A stretch of DNA of 64,000 bases from a virus (Duplodnaviria; Caudoviricetes), in the IMG/VR virus record IMGVR_UViG_3300032226_000829. One strand, 5' to 3'. Below, in pieces: positions 56,602 through 64,000 of the stretch. A program made the position numbers and the translations under genes. The stretch's first letter is position 1; each line of letters opens with the position of its first letter. Below the pieces are notes generated by a model. The model had not been told where the DNA came from. It worked only from the letters and a program-made list of their open reading frames with translations, and did not search any database.

Positions 56602-56805
56602 TTAGGTTGTAGCAACCGGTTGCTTGCGATTCTTTAATCTTTCAATGTCCTGCATGCTGAGTCCTCTCAGCTGCATTTGATGGGCCAGCTGCTGTGCCAA
56701 TGCTAAGTCCGCATGCTGCAGTGTGCCCAGAATCAAATCTGGTGTGGTTTTTGTGATGTGCTGCACCCACTGTTCCACTGGATGCAATGCTCTTGAGTTT
56801 GCCAT
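56602..56805 (-). CDS. Hypothetical protein
   Basis: GAAGG RBS, 67 aa. Confidence 0.55.
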   Translation of the reverse strand: MANSRALHPVEQWVQHITKTTPDLILGTLQHADLALAQQLAHQMQLRGLSMQDIERLKNRKQPVATT

Positions 56806-56856
56806 GTGTGTTCCTTCTGTTAGTTGTTACAACTGTAGCATCTGATTGGGCGAGTG

Positions 56857-57162
56857 TCAACTCACCAGGTCTGTCAGTTTCACGCTCAGCTGATATTCGT
56901 CATACTGTCTGTGATATTCCTGTTCATCCAATTCTTCCAGATGTGAGTACTGCTCATGATTGTTCTGATCATCACCCCATCTCAATTGTATGGTACACTC
57001 TTTCTTGTCTGGATTCCAATCCCACAGTGTGCCCTCACTCCAGCCTTCTCGTTTGAAGTAATAGTTGGCTCTGTGGCACTCTGCTCGGTATTCAGCCCAG
57101 GCAGTGAGATTCTCTTCGGTGAATTCTCTCTTCAATCTGCTCTCGTCCATCATTATGTACAT
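56857..57162 (-). CDS. Hypothetical protein
   Basis: Start reassigned to 57162 behind GGAGG. Confidence 0.6.
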   Translation of the reverse strand: MYIMMDESRLKREFTEENLTAWAEYRAECHRANYYFKREGWSEGTLWDWNPDKKECTIQLRWGDDQNNHEQYSHLEELDEQEYHRQYDEYQLSVKLTDLVS

Positions 57163-57166
57163 CTGT

Positions 57167-57358
57167 CTATGCCTCCAAGGTTCGGGACACAGTGGCATAA
57201 CCCACTTCTATACCCGCTGATGGTTTGCGTTTGTTCGGATACTCCACTGCCAGCTGTAGTGTGAAGCCGTCATCTTCACCCCGCCATGTGAACTGCCAAT
57301 CTTCTCCGTACAGTTTCTTCAATAGTTGCACCAACAGTCTTTCTTCTCGCTTGGTCAT
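57167..57358 (-). CDS. Hypothetical protein
   Basis: GGAG RBS; in the co-oriented array. Confidence 0.55.
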   Translation of the reverse strand: MTKREERLLVQLLKKLYGEDWQFTWRGEDDGFTLQLAVEYPNKRKPSAGIEVGYATVSRTLEA

Positions 57359-57633
57359 GCAGTCTCCTTGGTTGATTGTATATCATAAGGTTGTTCACCA
57401 TCTGCTATCATGCTGAGGTAGCCTGGTTCACTCTCCTGCCATTCTGCTGTCAACTCCTCTGCAGAATAATTGTCATAGCCCACAAACCCGTGCTGTCTCA
57501 TGTCACTCAACCAGTTGTAGTCCTCTAGATGGATGTTTCTCATGATCAGATACACATCATACTGACACAGTCTTTCGATTACCTCAGCACGAGACAAAGC
57601 CACACCTTCACTGTCTGTTATGAATGCGGTCAT
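57355..57633 (-). CDS. Hypothetical protein (paralog of 59653-59871)
   Basis: IERLCQYD...GFVGYDNYSAEEL. Confidence 0.6.
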   Translation of the reverse strand: MTAFITDSEGVALSRAEVIERLCQYDVYLIMRNIHLEDYNWLSDMRQHGFVGYDNYSAEELTAEWQESEPGYLSMIADGEQPYDIQSTKETA

Positions 57634-57634
57634 A

Positions 57635-57820
57635 CTAGAATGCATACCTTTCATATCGCTCCAGCAGTGCGTCTGCCAGCGGTTTACGATCCAATGCATA
57701 GCACAGTGCCATCATGTAGCCCAAGTCATAGGCCACATCTGTTTCTGTCAACTGATGGTGAGCATACCTCATGTCTCTGATCACCTGTGCCAAAGTTGTT
57801 CTCAATTTAGATTGATCCAT
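57635..57820 (-). CDS. Hypothetical protein
   Basis: Start MDQSK right after the upstream stop. Confidence 0.55.
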   Translation of the reverse strand: MDQSKLRTTLAQVIRDMRYAHHQLTETDVAYDLGYMMALCYALDRKPLADALLERYERYAF

Positions 57821-57821
57821 A

Positions 57822-58160
57822 TTAGTCTGCTCTCGATTCTGCATGGGCGTTGATGCCATATGCGTTCAATACCTTTGCGAATGCTTCACAAGCCTCTTCC
57901 TTGATGCTCATGCTCTGAGTGCCACACAAGTCATGACCTCTCATCACATCATATGAACTGATGCTGTAGCCGGTTCTCCAGTGCTTGGATCCCAACTGAT
58001 TGTCTTTTAAAAATTTAACAAATGGGCCTCTGGCTGGTCTAATCACCACTGTGCCAAATCCACAGTACAAGGGTTCACCATGTGCGGCATGGAATGCATC
58101 CACTGCTTCACAAGCTGTGTCACAGGCTTCCTTGAATATAGTTTGCATTGTTTTCATCAT
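57822..58160 (-). CDS. Hypothetical early protein
   Basis: GAGG RBS behind P3; CGFG, QSMSIKEEACEAFA. Confidence 0.7.
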   Translation of the reverse strand: MMKTMQTIFKEACDTACEAVDAFHAAHGEPLYCGFGTVVIRPARGPFVKFLKDNQLGSKHWRTGYSISSYDVMRGHDLCGTQSMSIKEEACEAFAKVLNAYGINAHAESRAD

Positions 58161-58186
58161 CTACCTCTGTTTGTTATTGTTATATT

Positions 58187-58256
58187 AATAATAACATCTG
58201 ACTACCAAAAAATCAACATCTAAATACCAAAATAGATGTTCTATTTCAACGAGTTA
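58187..58256 (-). promoter_or_regulatory. Early promoter cassette P3
   Basis: TTGATT-N17-TATTAT; TACCAAAA at 58203 and 58225; TCA-N5-TTA at 58246. Confidence 0.75.
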
Positions 58257-58486
58257 ATGTGGGCCAAATATTCCTTCAGTTCCTGATCTCTCTGCTGCTG
58301 CTGCAGAATGTATTGTTCTGCTTCAATCACATCATCCTGATGAAACTCCAATCTGTTGTCGGGATATTCATATTCTGAATGCTCATCCTCAATGATCACA
58401 TGACGGCCCACTATTTCATCCACCACTCCCCAAATGTCCTGATCTCTCAGTCTCACTCTTGTGCCCACTGTTATATTGCTGCTCAT
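58241..58486 (-). CDS. Small SH3-like hypothetical protein
   Basis: ITVGTRVRL...WGVVDEI. Confidence 0.6.
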   Translation of the reverse strand: MSSNITVGTRVRLRDQDIWGVVDEIVGRHVIIEDEHSEYEYPDNRLEFHQDDVIEAEQYILQQQQRDQELKEYLAHINSLK

Positions 58487-59025
58487 GCTGCTCTCCTTTG
58501 TTTGATTGATTGTAAATGTCTCTTTAGACTGTCAATGTGCTCCTGTATAGCCACTGCCTCCAATGGTTGAAATGCCACTGCTGCATCATAGTCCTTCTTG
58601 GCATCACTCCAAACTCTTGTGGCATAGAACCATTCACCCTGAGGCTTGCCCCATGCATCCTTCACACCTGTGTCCTTCAATAGGTAGATGTACTCCTCAC
58701 CTGAACGGAATCCATTCTCTAGGTATTCCTGCTCTGATTTATATGTGTGGGCTTCTTGATCCTTCTCACCACGGTCTCTGCTGTAGTAGACATTTTGCAC
58801 ATCGTGCAGCTCATTGTTCCTGTCATCAAAATCAGTCTTGTCACCTATGATCTGATTCCATACCGAAGCATTTCCCAACTCAATGGCTGATTTAACTTTG
58901 ACCATGTCAGTCCAATGGTCGCACAGTTTGTAACCCAATCCACCTGGATAACCATCCCAATGCTGATAGGCAGCTGTGATCTCACCAGTGCTGGATTTTA
59001 TTCCTATTCTTGCTCTTGTTGCCAT
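58483..59025 (-). CDS. Conserved phage hypothetical protein (HWDGYP family)
   Basis: MATRARIGI...YQHWDGYP..LG..L; EEYIYL. Confidence 0.75.
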   Translation of the reverse strand: MATRARIGIKSSTGEITAAYQHWDGYPGGLGYKLCDHWTDMVKVKSAIELGNASVWNQIIGDKTDFDDRNNELHDVQNVYYSRDRGEKDQEAHTYKSEQEYLENGFRSGEEYIYLLKDTGVKDAWGKPQGEWFYATRVWSDAKKDYDAAVAFQPLEAVAIQEHIDSLKRHLQSIKQRRAA

Positions 59026-59048
59026 GTGTGTCTCCTTTTGTTGCTATT

Positions 59049-59109
59049 ATTATACTGCCTTACTACCAAAAAGTCAATACCAAAATAAGTGTTCTGTTTC
59101 AATCACTTA
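59049..59109 (-). promoter_or_regulatory. Early promoter cassette P4
   Basis: TTGACT-N17-TATAAT; TACCAAAA at 59064 and 59078; TCAATCACTTA at 59099. Confidence 0.85.
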
Positions 59110-59340
59110 TTAGGCGTGTTCTTGCTCTTCACTTTTCACCAGTGTGATGATCTCTTCTTCCACACTCATGTCATCTTCCGCCAATTCGAAATCACAGTCC
59201 AAATCATCCTGGGACAGCTTCTCTTCTGCTTCTTCTTCATCTCGGGCAGTGACATAGGCCACTTCCGTGATTGAGCCTGTGCTGACTCTGACCACTCGGT
59301 ATCTGTTGATTGCTCCTTCTGGTGCTGTATGCTCAGTCAT
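59110..59340 (-). CDS. Small acidic hypothetical protein
   Basis: Start MTEHT behind AGGAG; VTARDEEEAEE. Confidence 0.6.
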   Translation of the reverse strand: MTEHTAPEGAINRYRVVRVSTGSITEVAYVTARDEEEAEEKLSQDDLDCDFELAEDDMSVEEEIITLVKSEEQEHA

Positions 59341-59359
59341 TGTGTTCTCCTGGTTATTG

Positions 59360-59656
59360 TTATTCAAAGTATTCATCAAACACTATCTCCACCTTGGCGA
59401 TCCTGCCATCCCGATTATAATGTGCTGTGACTGGATACACTCCATCCCCCCAACCTGTCTGCACAGTCATCGCTATGGGTATCTTGATTGTGTTCTTGGT
59501 CTTCTTGGTGCTGATCTGTCTATGTCTATCCTTGTCTGGATAGATGTCATAGATGTCATCACCCTCAATGCTGAAGTGATCGTTGATATAGCAGGGATCC
59601 GATATCAACAAGGATCCTGAATCCACACCCACTTGTCCTATGATTTTCTTTTTCAT
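59360..59656 (-). CDS. DUF4241-like protein
   Basis: IGQVGVDSGSLLISDPCY ... TGWGDGVYPV. Confidence 0.65.
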   Translation of the reverse strand: MKKKIIGQVGVDSGSLLISDPCYINDHFSIEGDDIYDIYPDKDRHRQISTKKTKNTIKIPIAMTVQTGWGDGVYPVTAHYNRDGRIAKVEIVFDEYFE

Positions 59657-59871
59657 CCTAACATCCTTTCCATTTCTTTTCTTTCTGCTATGGCCTCATT
59701 CAACTCTCTGTCGGTGTAATTGCCATAACCTTTGAAACCATCCTCTAATATGCTGTCTAATAACTCCAGCCCAGCACCGTCACCCTCATTGATGAACTCA
59801 AAGTCCTTCTGGCACAACCATTGTATGGCCGCTTCTCTGTCTGCTTTTCTCTTAATTTTTTTAAGGTTCAT
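59653..59871 (-). CDS. Hypothetical protein (paralog of 57355-57633)
   Basis: IQWLCQKD...GFKGYGNYTDREL. Confidence 0.6.
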   Translation of the reverse strand: MNLKKIKRKADREAAIQWLCQKDFEFINEGDGAGLELLDSILEDGFKGYGNYTDRELNEAIAERKEMERMLG

Positions 59872-60257
59872 ACATTCTCCTTGATTGATTTTAAACTGTA
59901 ATGTACTTCTGCGGGACCAGTTTCATCTGACCATGGATCCAACACCACATCACCATCTTCGAAAGCGAAGCTGTTGTCGGGATTCCATACCACCTTGCCT
60001 AGGTATTCTGTGTTGCCTGTGTCTGAGGTATAGTTCGCATCCACTACCACAGTCTCCACACCTTTGTCTTCCAATGCAAGATCTGCTGTGATCCTGTCAT
60101 AATTGATACCACCACCATCTCTGAATAGGTCGTCGGCCTCATCCTTATTGCGAGCCAACACATCCTGCTCCACCAACAAGGTGTAGTAGGTTCTTTTTCT
60201 GTAGGCGTTGAGCCCTAGGTTTTCTGCCCTAGGGTATAATTTTGTTTTTGTAGTCAT
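59868..60257 (-). CDS. Hypothetical protein
   Basis: Start MTTKT by TAATG overlap. Confidence 0.6.
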   Translation of the reverse strand: MTTKTKLYPRAENLGLNAYRKRTYYTLLVEQDVLARNKDEADDLFRDGGGINYDRITADLALEDKGVETVVVDANYTSDTGNTEYLGKVVWNPDNSFAFEDGDVVLDPWSDETGPAEVHYSLKSIKENV

Positions 60258-60553
60258 TAGGCTGTCACAGTCTGTGGAATCAGTCTCAACATTCCACCCG
60301 GTATGTTCCATCTTTGGTTATTGTCACTGTGGACTAAAATGTATTTGATCTTGGCTTTGATCACAGAGCCAGTAATAACTCGACCACTTCTGCTGGAAGT
60401 GAATTCCACTCTGTCACCAGCTTTGAAGTTCTGAGTGCTCTTGAAATGCAATTGATCTCTTCTCATCTTCACAGCTTCAACGATTTTATTAATGTCTGAA
60501 CTGTCCATAGTTAGGATTTGATTCAGTATGTCTACCAACGGAGTTTTCATCAT
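60257..60553 (-). CDS. SH3/KOW-like hypothetical protein
   Basis: FKAGDRVEF...WNIPGGML; GAGG RBS behind P5. Confidence 0.7.
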   Translation of the reverse strand: MMKTPLVDILNQILTMDSSDINKIVEAVKMRRDQLHFKSTQNFKAGDRVEFTSSRSGRVITGSVIKAKIKYILVHSDNNQRWNIPGGMLRLIPQTVTA

Positions 60554-60578
60554 CACCTCTTTGTTTGTTTATAATACT

Positions 60579-60649
60579 AGTATAACACCACCACTACCAA
60601 AAAGTCTACCAAAAAAGAACCAAAATAGGTCTTCAAATTCAATCACTTA
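60579..60649 (-). promoter_or_regulatory. Early promoter cassette P5
   Basis: TAGACT..TATACT; ACCAAAA units starting 60595, 60607, 60618; TCAATCACTTA at 60639. Confidence 0.8.
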
Positions 60650-60650
60650 G

Positions 60651-61034
60651 TTAGGCCACAGCCTTGGGTTGTGTGCTCATCAGCTGTTGCAACCTGTCCC
60701 ATTGATCTCGGGCTTCCTGCACAGTTTCAGCAATCAAGCCATGATCATCCTGAGTCATGCTGAGTTCCAGCTCTTCCCAAGAGTCAAACAACATGCCACC
60801 TAGGTTGTTGTCAGCCAACTGTACTCCATCCAGAAACACCTTGGCTCTCACCACCACATAGGGCATGTCACTTCGCTCCACCTTGCGAGCTGTTTCTTTA
60901 TACCACTCTGCGGATTCTTCTGGGAATAGACTCTCCAGAGGCTCTTCCTCATAGGTGTAGTCCACCTTCACTTCAAATGGTGCATGTTCAGTCTTGAATT
61001 CTATCAGATCGTGCCAGTATGTGGATAGGCTCAT
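60651..61034 (-). CDS. Hypothetical protein
   Basis: 127-aa acidic ORF; TAATG overlap. Confidence 0.7.
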   Translation of the reverse strand: MSLSTYWHDLIEFKTEHAPFEVKVDYTYEEEPLESLFPEESAEWYKETARKVERSDMPYVVVRAKVFLDGVQLADNNLGGMLFDSWEELELSMTQDDHGLIAETVQEARDQWDRLQQLMSTQPKAVA

Positions 61035-61264
61035 TATTCCATGCCTTTCATCTGTGCCATCATGTGTCTCATCATTGACATGGCCTTATCAATCTCCTTT
61101 TGTATTTCTTTATCAGTGTGTTGAGTCTTGGGCACACACACAGCCTTCACTGCCTGCTCCTTGAGCAATAGGGCCTGTTTCATGCACAGGTCTCTGTCTT
61201 GGAACTGTGCCAGATCAGTCATGCCTGTCTGAGTCACCAGCGCCAATGTATAAATCAAGTTCAT
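61034..61264 (-). CDS. Hypothetical protein
   Basis: AAGGAG RBS behind P6; two Cys. Confidence 0.65.
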   Translation of the reverse strand: MNLIYTLALVTQTGMTDLAQFQDRDLCMKQALLLKEQAVKAVCVPKTQHTDKEIQKEIDKAMSMMRHMMAQMKGME

Positions 61265-61286
61265 ATCATCTCCTTTGTTATTATTA

Positions 61287-61356
61287 ATACTAACACCTCA
61301 CTACCAAAAAGTCTACCATTTTTGGACCAAAATAGGTCAATGATTTCAGTGACTTA
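61287..61356 (-). promoter_or_regulatory. Early promoter cassette P6
   Basis: TAGACT-N17-TAGTAT; ACCAAAA units at 61302 and 61325; TCAGTGACTTA at 61346. Confidence 0.8.
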
Positions 61357-61620
61357 TCGGTGGTACACACTCACCCTCTGAGCATTTGCCCTGTGACACT
61401 CTCTGCAAAAACCCCTGCTTCGGGGTCCACGATATCTGCGTCTGATGGGTATGATCTCACTCAACTCCCGGATCCTCTGTAGGTTCTCCTCTGTGATGGG
61501 CACCTGTTTCACTATGGCCTTCTCACCCATGTGAGCCTTGTACTGTTGAATCCACTGTTGCAACTGGGTGGGCAAACAAAATTTTACCAACGGATCCCAG
61601 CCTGTTTGAATGGTGTTCAT
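61354..61620 (-). CDS. Hypothetical protein
   Basis: RRRYRGPR...CHRANA..VSVY; AGGAG RBS. Confidence 0.65.
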   Translation of the reverse strand: MNTIQTGWDPLVKFCLPTQLQQWIQQYKAHMGEKAIVKQVPITEENLQRIRELSEIIPIRRRYRGPRSRGFCRECHRANAQRVSVYHR

Positions 61621-61802
61621 GCCACTCCTTGGTTATAGTTGTTCCACATCTCCTGGGCCAGTTCGCTGGCTTTTTCTGCAAATTCATCCTCATGACTCAG
61701 CACAAACTCCTCCCAGATCTCGTCCTGGATCTTGGGGTCTATGTGACTCTTGTCGATGTACTGCCACAAGCTGTTTTTGGGTACCTGTATCTTCTTCATC
61801 AT
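61617..61802 (-). CDS. Hypothetical protein
   Basis: AGGAGG RBS; WEEFV. Confidence 0.6.
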   Translation of the reverse strand: MMKKIQVPKNSLWQYIDKSHIDPKIQDEIWEEFVLSHEDEFAEKASELAQEMWNNYNQGVA

Positions 61803-61815
61803 CACCTCCTATGGT

Positions 61816-61995
61816 TTATATTTCCACCTGTTCCATCAACACCACCTCGGCGCTGATGGCCGTCACACCCAGGGCCTTATGATCCTGGTCGAACTCATAC
61901 TTGGCTGCCTCCAATGCTCTCCCTTGATGGGAGTCCTGGATGTAATAACTGTTCTCCAGGGCCGCTGATCGGAGTCTAAAGTGCCATTGTGTCAT
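61816..61995 (-). CDS. Hypothetical protein (59 aa; absent from ORF track)
   Basis: Translated by hand MTQWHFRLRS...EQVEI; ATG 5 nt after the P7 -10 box. Confidence 0.55.
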   Translation of the reverse strand: MTQWHFRLRSAALENSYYIQDSHQGRALEAAKYEFDQDHKALGVTAISAEVVLMEQVEI

Positions 61996-62000
61996 AATTC

Positions 62001-62071
62001 ATTATAGCACACCCACTACCAAAAAGTCAACCAAAATTGAACCAAAATCAGTGAGCATTTTCAATGGGTTA
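62001..62071 (-). promoter_or_regulatory. Early promoter cassette P7
   Basis: TTGACT-N18-TATAAT; ACCAAAA units at 62017, 62029, 62040; TCAATGGGTTA at 62061. Confidence 0.85.
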
Positions 62072-62072
62072 A

Positions 62073-62729
62073 TCAGCCTATGATGTTCTGGGCCTTTCTA
62101 TCCACAATCAATTCTCGCACCTTCTGTTCTGCCTCAGTCTCCTGTGTGGCTTCGTACTCCTGCATGGATTCCACCATGCCGAATGTCTCATCCAGCAATC
62201 TGCCATCCGCATGCTGAGTCCAGAATGGGTCGTTAGATTTTGGAAATTGTTCGGTCTCATAGCATCTGTCAGACCCATCAGTCCACACACCAAAGAACCC
62301 CACGCCGGGCTCATGATATCTGCACTCAATGCTCAACTCAGGATGGGTTTCCATCAGCTTCTCCATCACGCCCAAAGGGGGTGCCCAGGCTGTGTCAAAC
62401 TGAAACAGAGCAATGCCCTGATTGCCCACATCCTCATCGTAGTCCACCTGCATGTCATCATTGTCACCACCTGCGTTCCATTTGGTACCCCAGTTGTTCA
62501 CACACCAGTCATACCAGTTTCGGTAGCCATATCGTTTTAAATTAGATTTTTCTGCCTTCACCAAAGCCTTCTGTTCAGGTGAATCATCAGCACCTTCACG
62601 GCCTGCTGTGATGTCCAACTCTGGGGGGTATGGATGTATTTTCATAAAATCTAATCTGTGCTCCACTAGGGTCTTGAGGATGTGCTGGGGACCTTGTATC
62701 TCCACCACATTGTTGCAATAATTTGGCAT
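62073..62729 (-). CDS. DUF1281/YubB-like ferredoxin-fold protein
   Basis: MPNYCNN, NWYDWCVNNWGTKWN, FDTAWAPP, YHEPG. Confidence 0.75.
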   Translation of the reverse strand: MPNYCNNVVEIQGPQHILKTLVEHRLDFMKIHPYPPELDITAGREGADDSPEQKALVKAEKSNLKRYGYRNWYDWCVNNWGTKWNAGGDNDDMQVDYDEDVGNQGIALFQFDTAWAPPLGVMEKLMETHPELSIECRYHEPGVGFFGVWTDGSDRCYETEQFPKSNDPFWTQHADGRLLDETFGMVESMQEYEATQETEAEQKVRELIVDRKAQNIIG

Positions 62730-62752
62730 ATTTGCTCCTTGTTGTTTCTTTC

Positions 62753-62823
62753 AGTATAGCATCACTCACTACCAAAAAGCAACCAAAAAATTACCAAAAT
62801 AGATACCAATTATCAAGGGGTTA
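62753..62823 (-). promoter_or_regulatory. Early promoter cassette P8
   Basis: TATACT -10; units at 62770, 62781, 62792, 62804; TCAAGGGGTTA at 62813. Confidence 0.8.
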
Positions 62824-62920
62824 TTCGGGAGGCCCAGTAAACTTAGTTTAACTACCCACAATTGCGCCCCACACAGGTGTGCCGTAACTGTACCATAACG
62901 TTGCCAATTTCTATCCAGAA

Positions 62921-63085
62921 CTGAGGGGGGTGTTAACTCACCTTATAGTGATATCAATTATATTATTATATTATATACGAATACCCCCTGGGGTTCACAG
63001 CGCTGTCGGGGGGTCAAAACCGGCCCTTATAGTAATATATTATATTATATTATATTACACAGAATTCGGGAGGGGGTGGAAAACC
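62921..63085. repeat. Duplicated G-run + CCTTATAGT + (TATAT)n unit
   Basis: Two copies plus a third G-run; non-coding. Confidence 0.7.
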
Positions 63086-63127
63086 GGTACTTGGGAGCCT
63101 TGAGAGCCCCCATGTACAGATCGGTGA

Positions 63128-63421
63128 TTATGCTACCTGAGATTGTGCAGACACAGTTTTTGCCGCTGATCCACAATTTCTGGCGATGAAGCCATCTGCC
63201 AGCAATTTCACTTCGGGCTTGTTGAAATCTGCCTGAGTGATCATCCACTGTATGGCCTGCTCTTTGCTCATAGGCTGTGGTGTTTCTCTCAGCAATATAT
63301 TGGTGTGTTTTCTCATCACCAAGGTTTTGATTCGGCTCACTAGATCCTGAGCAAATCTGATTTTTGTCTCACCCTGTGGTGATGTGCTGATGCCCACCAC
63401 TTTGTATGTTTTTGTGTCCAT
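63128..63421 (-). CDS. Hypothetical protein
   Basis: YKVVGIST..GETKIRFAQD; start 63421 or 63457; promoter TTGACA-N16-TATAAT at 63507-63534. Confidence 0.65.
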   Translation of the reverse strand: MDTKTYKVVGISTSPQGETKIRFAQDLVSRIKTLVMRKHTNILLRETPQPMSKEQAIQWMITQADFNKPEVKLLADGFIARNCGSAAKTVSAQSQVA

Positions 63422-63873
63422 TTTACTATTGGCTCTTCTTTCTTTTGTTGCGGTCACTATGACCAGTTGTTATTGGTGCATGCTGTTGCACACACTGTTG
63501 CTTACCATTATAACATCTACAGCCAAATTGTCAAGCTGTATGGTATTGGCAGTGTGCAAATAAAAGTCAGTGAATTCAATGGGTTAGCAGGGGTGGTGTG
63601 CCAAAATACAAAGGCTCGAACCCAATGGATGTGACGGATGGGCACTGTGGGGTCGGAATAGGGCAGAATGCCCCCACGGTTGAGCGGATTTGGGTGGTCT
63701 GAGCATCTTTTGAACCGTGAGAAGTGGTATTCCTGAGGAATACTGTGCAAAAAAATTTGGAAACGGTAGGTGCCGACAGGCATAGTTAAAATACTCTCAG
63801 CCCAAGCACACACTGTAAATGCATATACCGTAGCACACCATCGGAATTGCCAAATCCAAATGTACTCAGTTAA

Positions 63874-63970
63874 TTCCCCAATACTTCGCAGCGAGGCCTA
63901 CACCCGTTCCCCAATACTTCGCAGCGAGGCCTACCCTTGTATTAGGGTTTCTCACCATACTCGCAGCGAG
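63874..63970. repeat. 28-bp direct repeat x2 plus a degenerate third copy
   Basis: TTCCCCAATACTTCGCAGCGAGGCCTAC at 63874 and 63907; CCATACTCGCAGCGAG at 63955. Confidence 0.85.
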
Positions 63971-64000
63971 CTCTCCCATCCAGCCCCACCCTTGGAGTAG

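Noticed and set aside
63594-63646. tRNA-like signals on the minus strand (GTGCC...GGGTTCGAG...GGCAC-ACCA)
   Set aside because: Only ~52 nt; the T-stem does not pair and is misplaced relative to the acceptor; no D or anticodon arms.
63874-63970. Possible CRISPR mini-array
   Set aside because: Only 5 nt separate the two 28-bp copies, so there is no spacer-length unique sequence; no cas genes are in the window.

Overview
A 64-kb fragment of a T4-like (contractile-tail) phage genome. Several small host-like genes (zf-CHCC, DUF1178, DUF1289) and a curli module suggest an alphaproteobacterial, possibly SAR11-type, host; this is inference. Left to right: (1) tail sheath/tube, head completion nuclease and terminase (0.5-12.6 kb); (2) gp32/UvsX/UvsY (12.7-15.5 kb); (3) a mosaic glycosyltransferase/methyltransferase/gmd island (15.5-28.1 kb); (4) a replication block with UvsW, a clamp-loader-like subunit, a 188-aa miniature DnaE core, primase, a divergent half-carbamoyltransferase and DnaB-like helicase (28.2-39 kb); (5) accessory genes including a 2OG oxygenase, hemC, a secreted polysaccharide deacetylase and a secreted nuclease (39-45 kb); (6) a csgF-csgG-curlin-curlin-FecR-PA14/curlin-CHASE2 adenylate cyclase operon followed by a holin-like pair and a SleB-type hydrolase (45-55.3 kb); (7) a minus-strand early region of small ORFs driven by eight repeated promoter cassettes with helically phased ACCAAAA boxes, six of which carry an exactly spaced ACCAAAAT-N12-TCA-N5-TTA motif (55.3-63.5 kb); (8) non-coding repeats at the right end. 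No tRNA, rRNA, CRISPR array, intron or intein could be supported. All family assignments come from motif recognition by eye; no database search was run.
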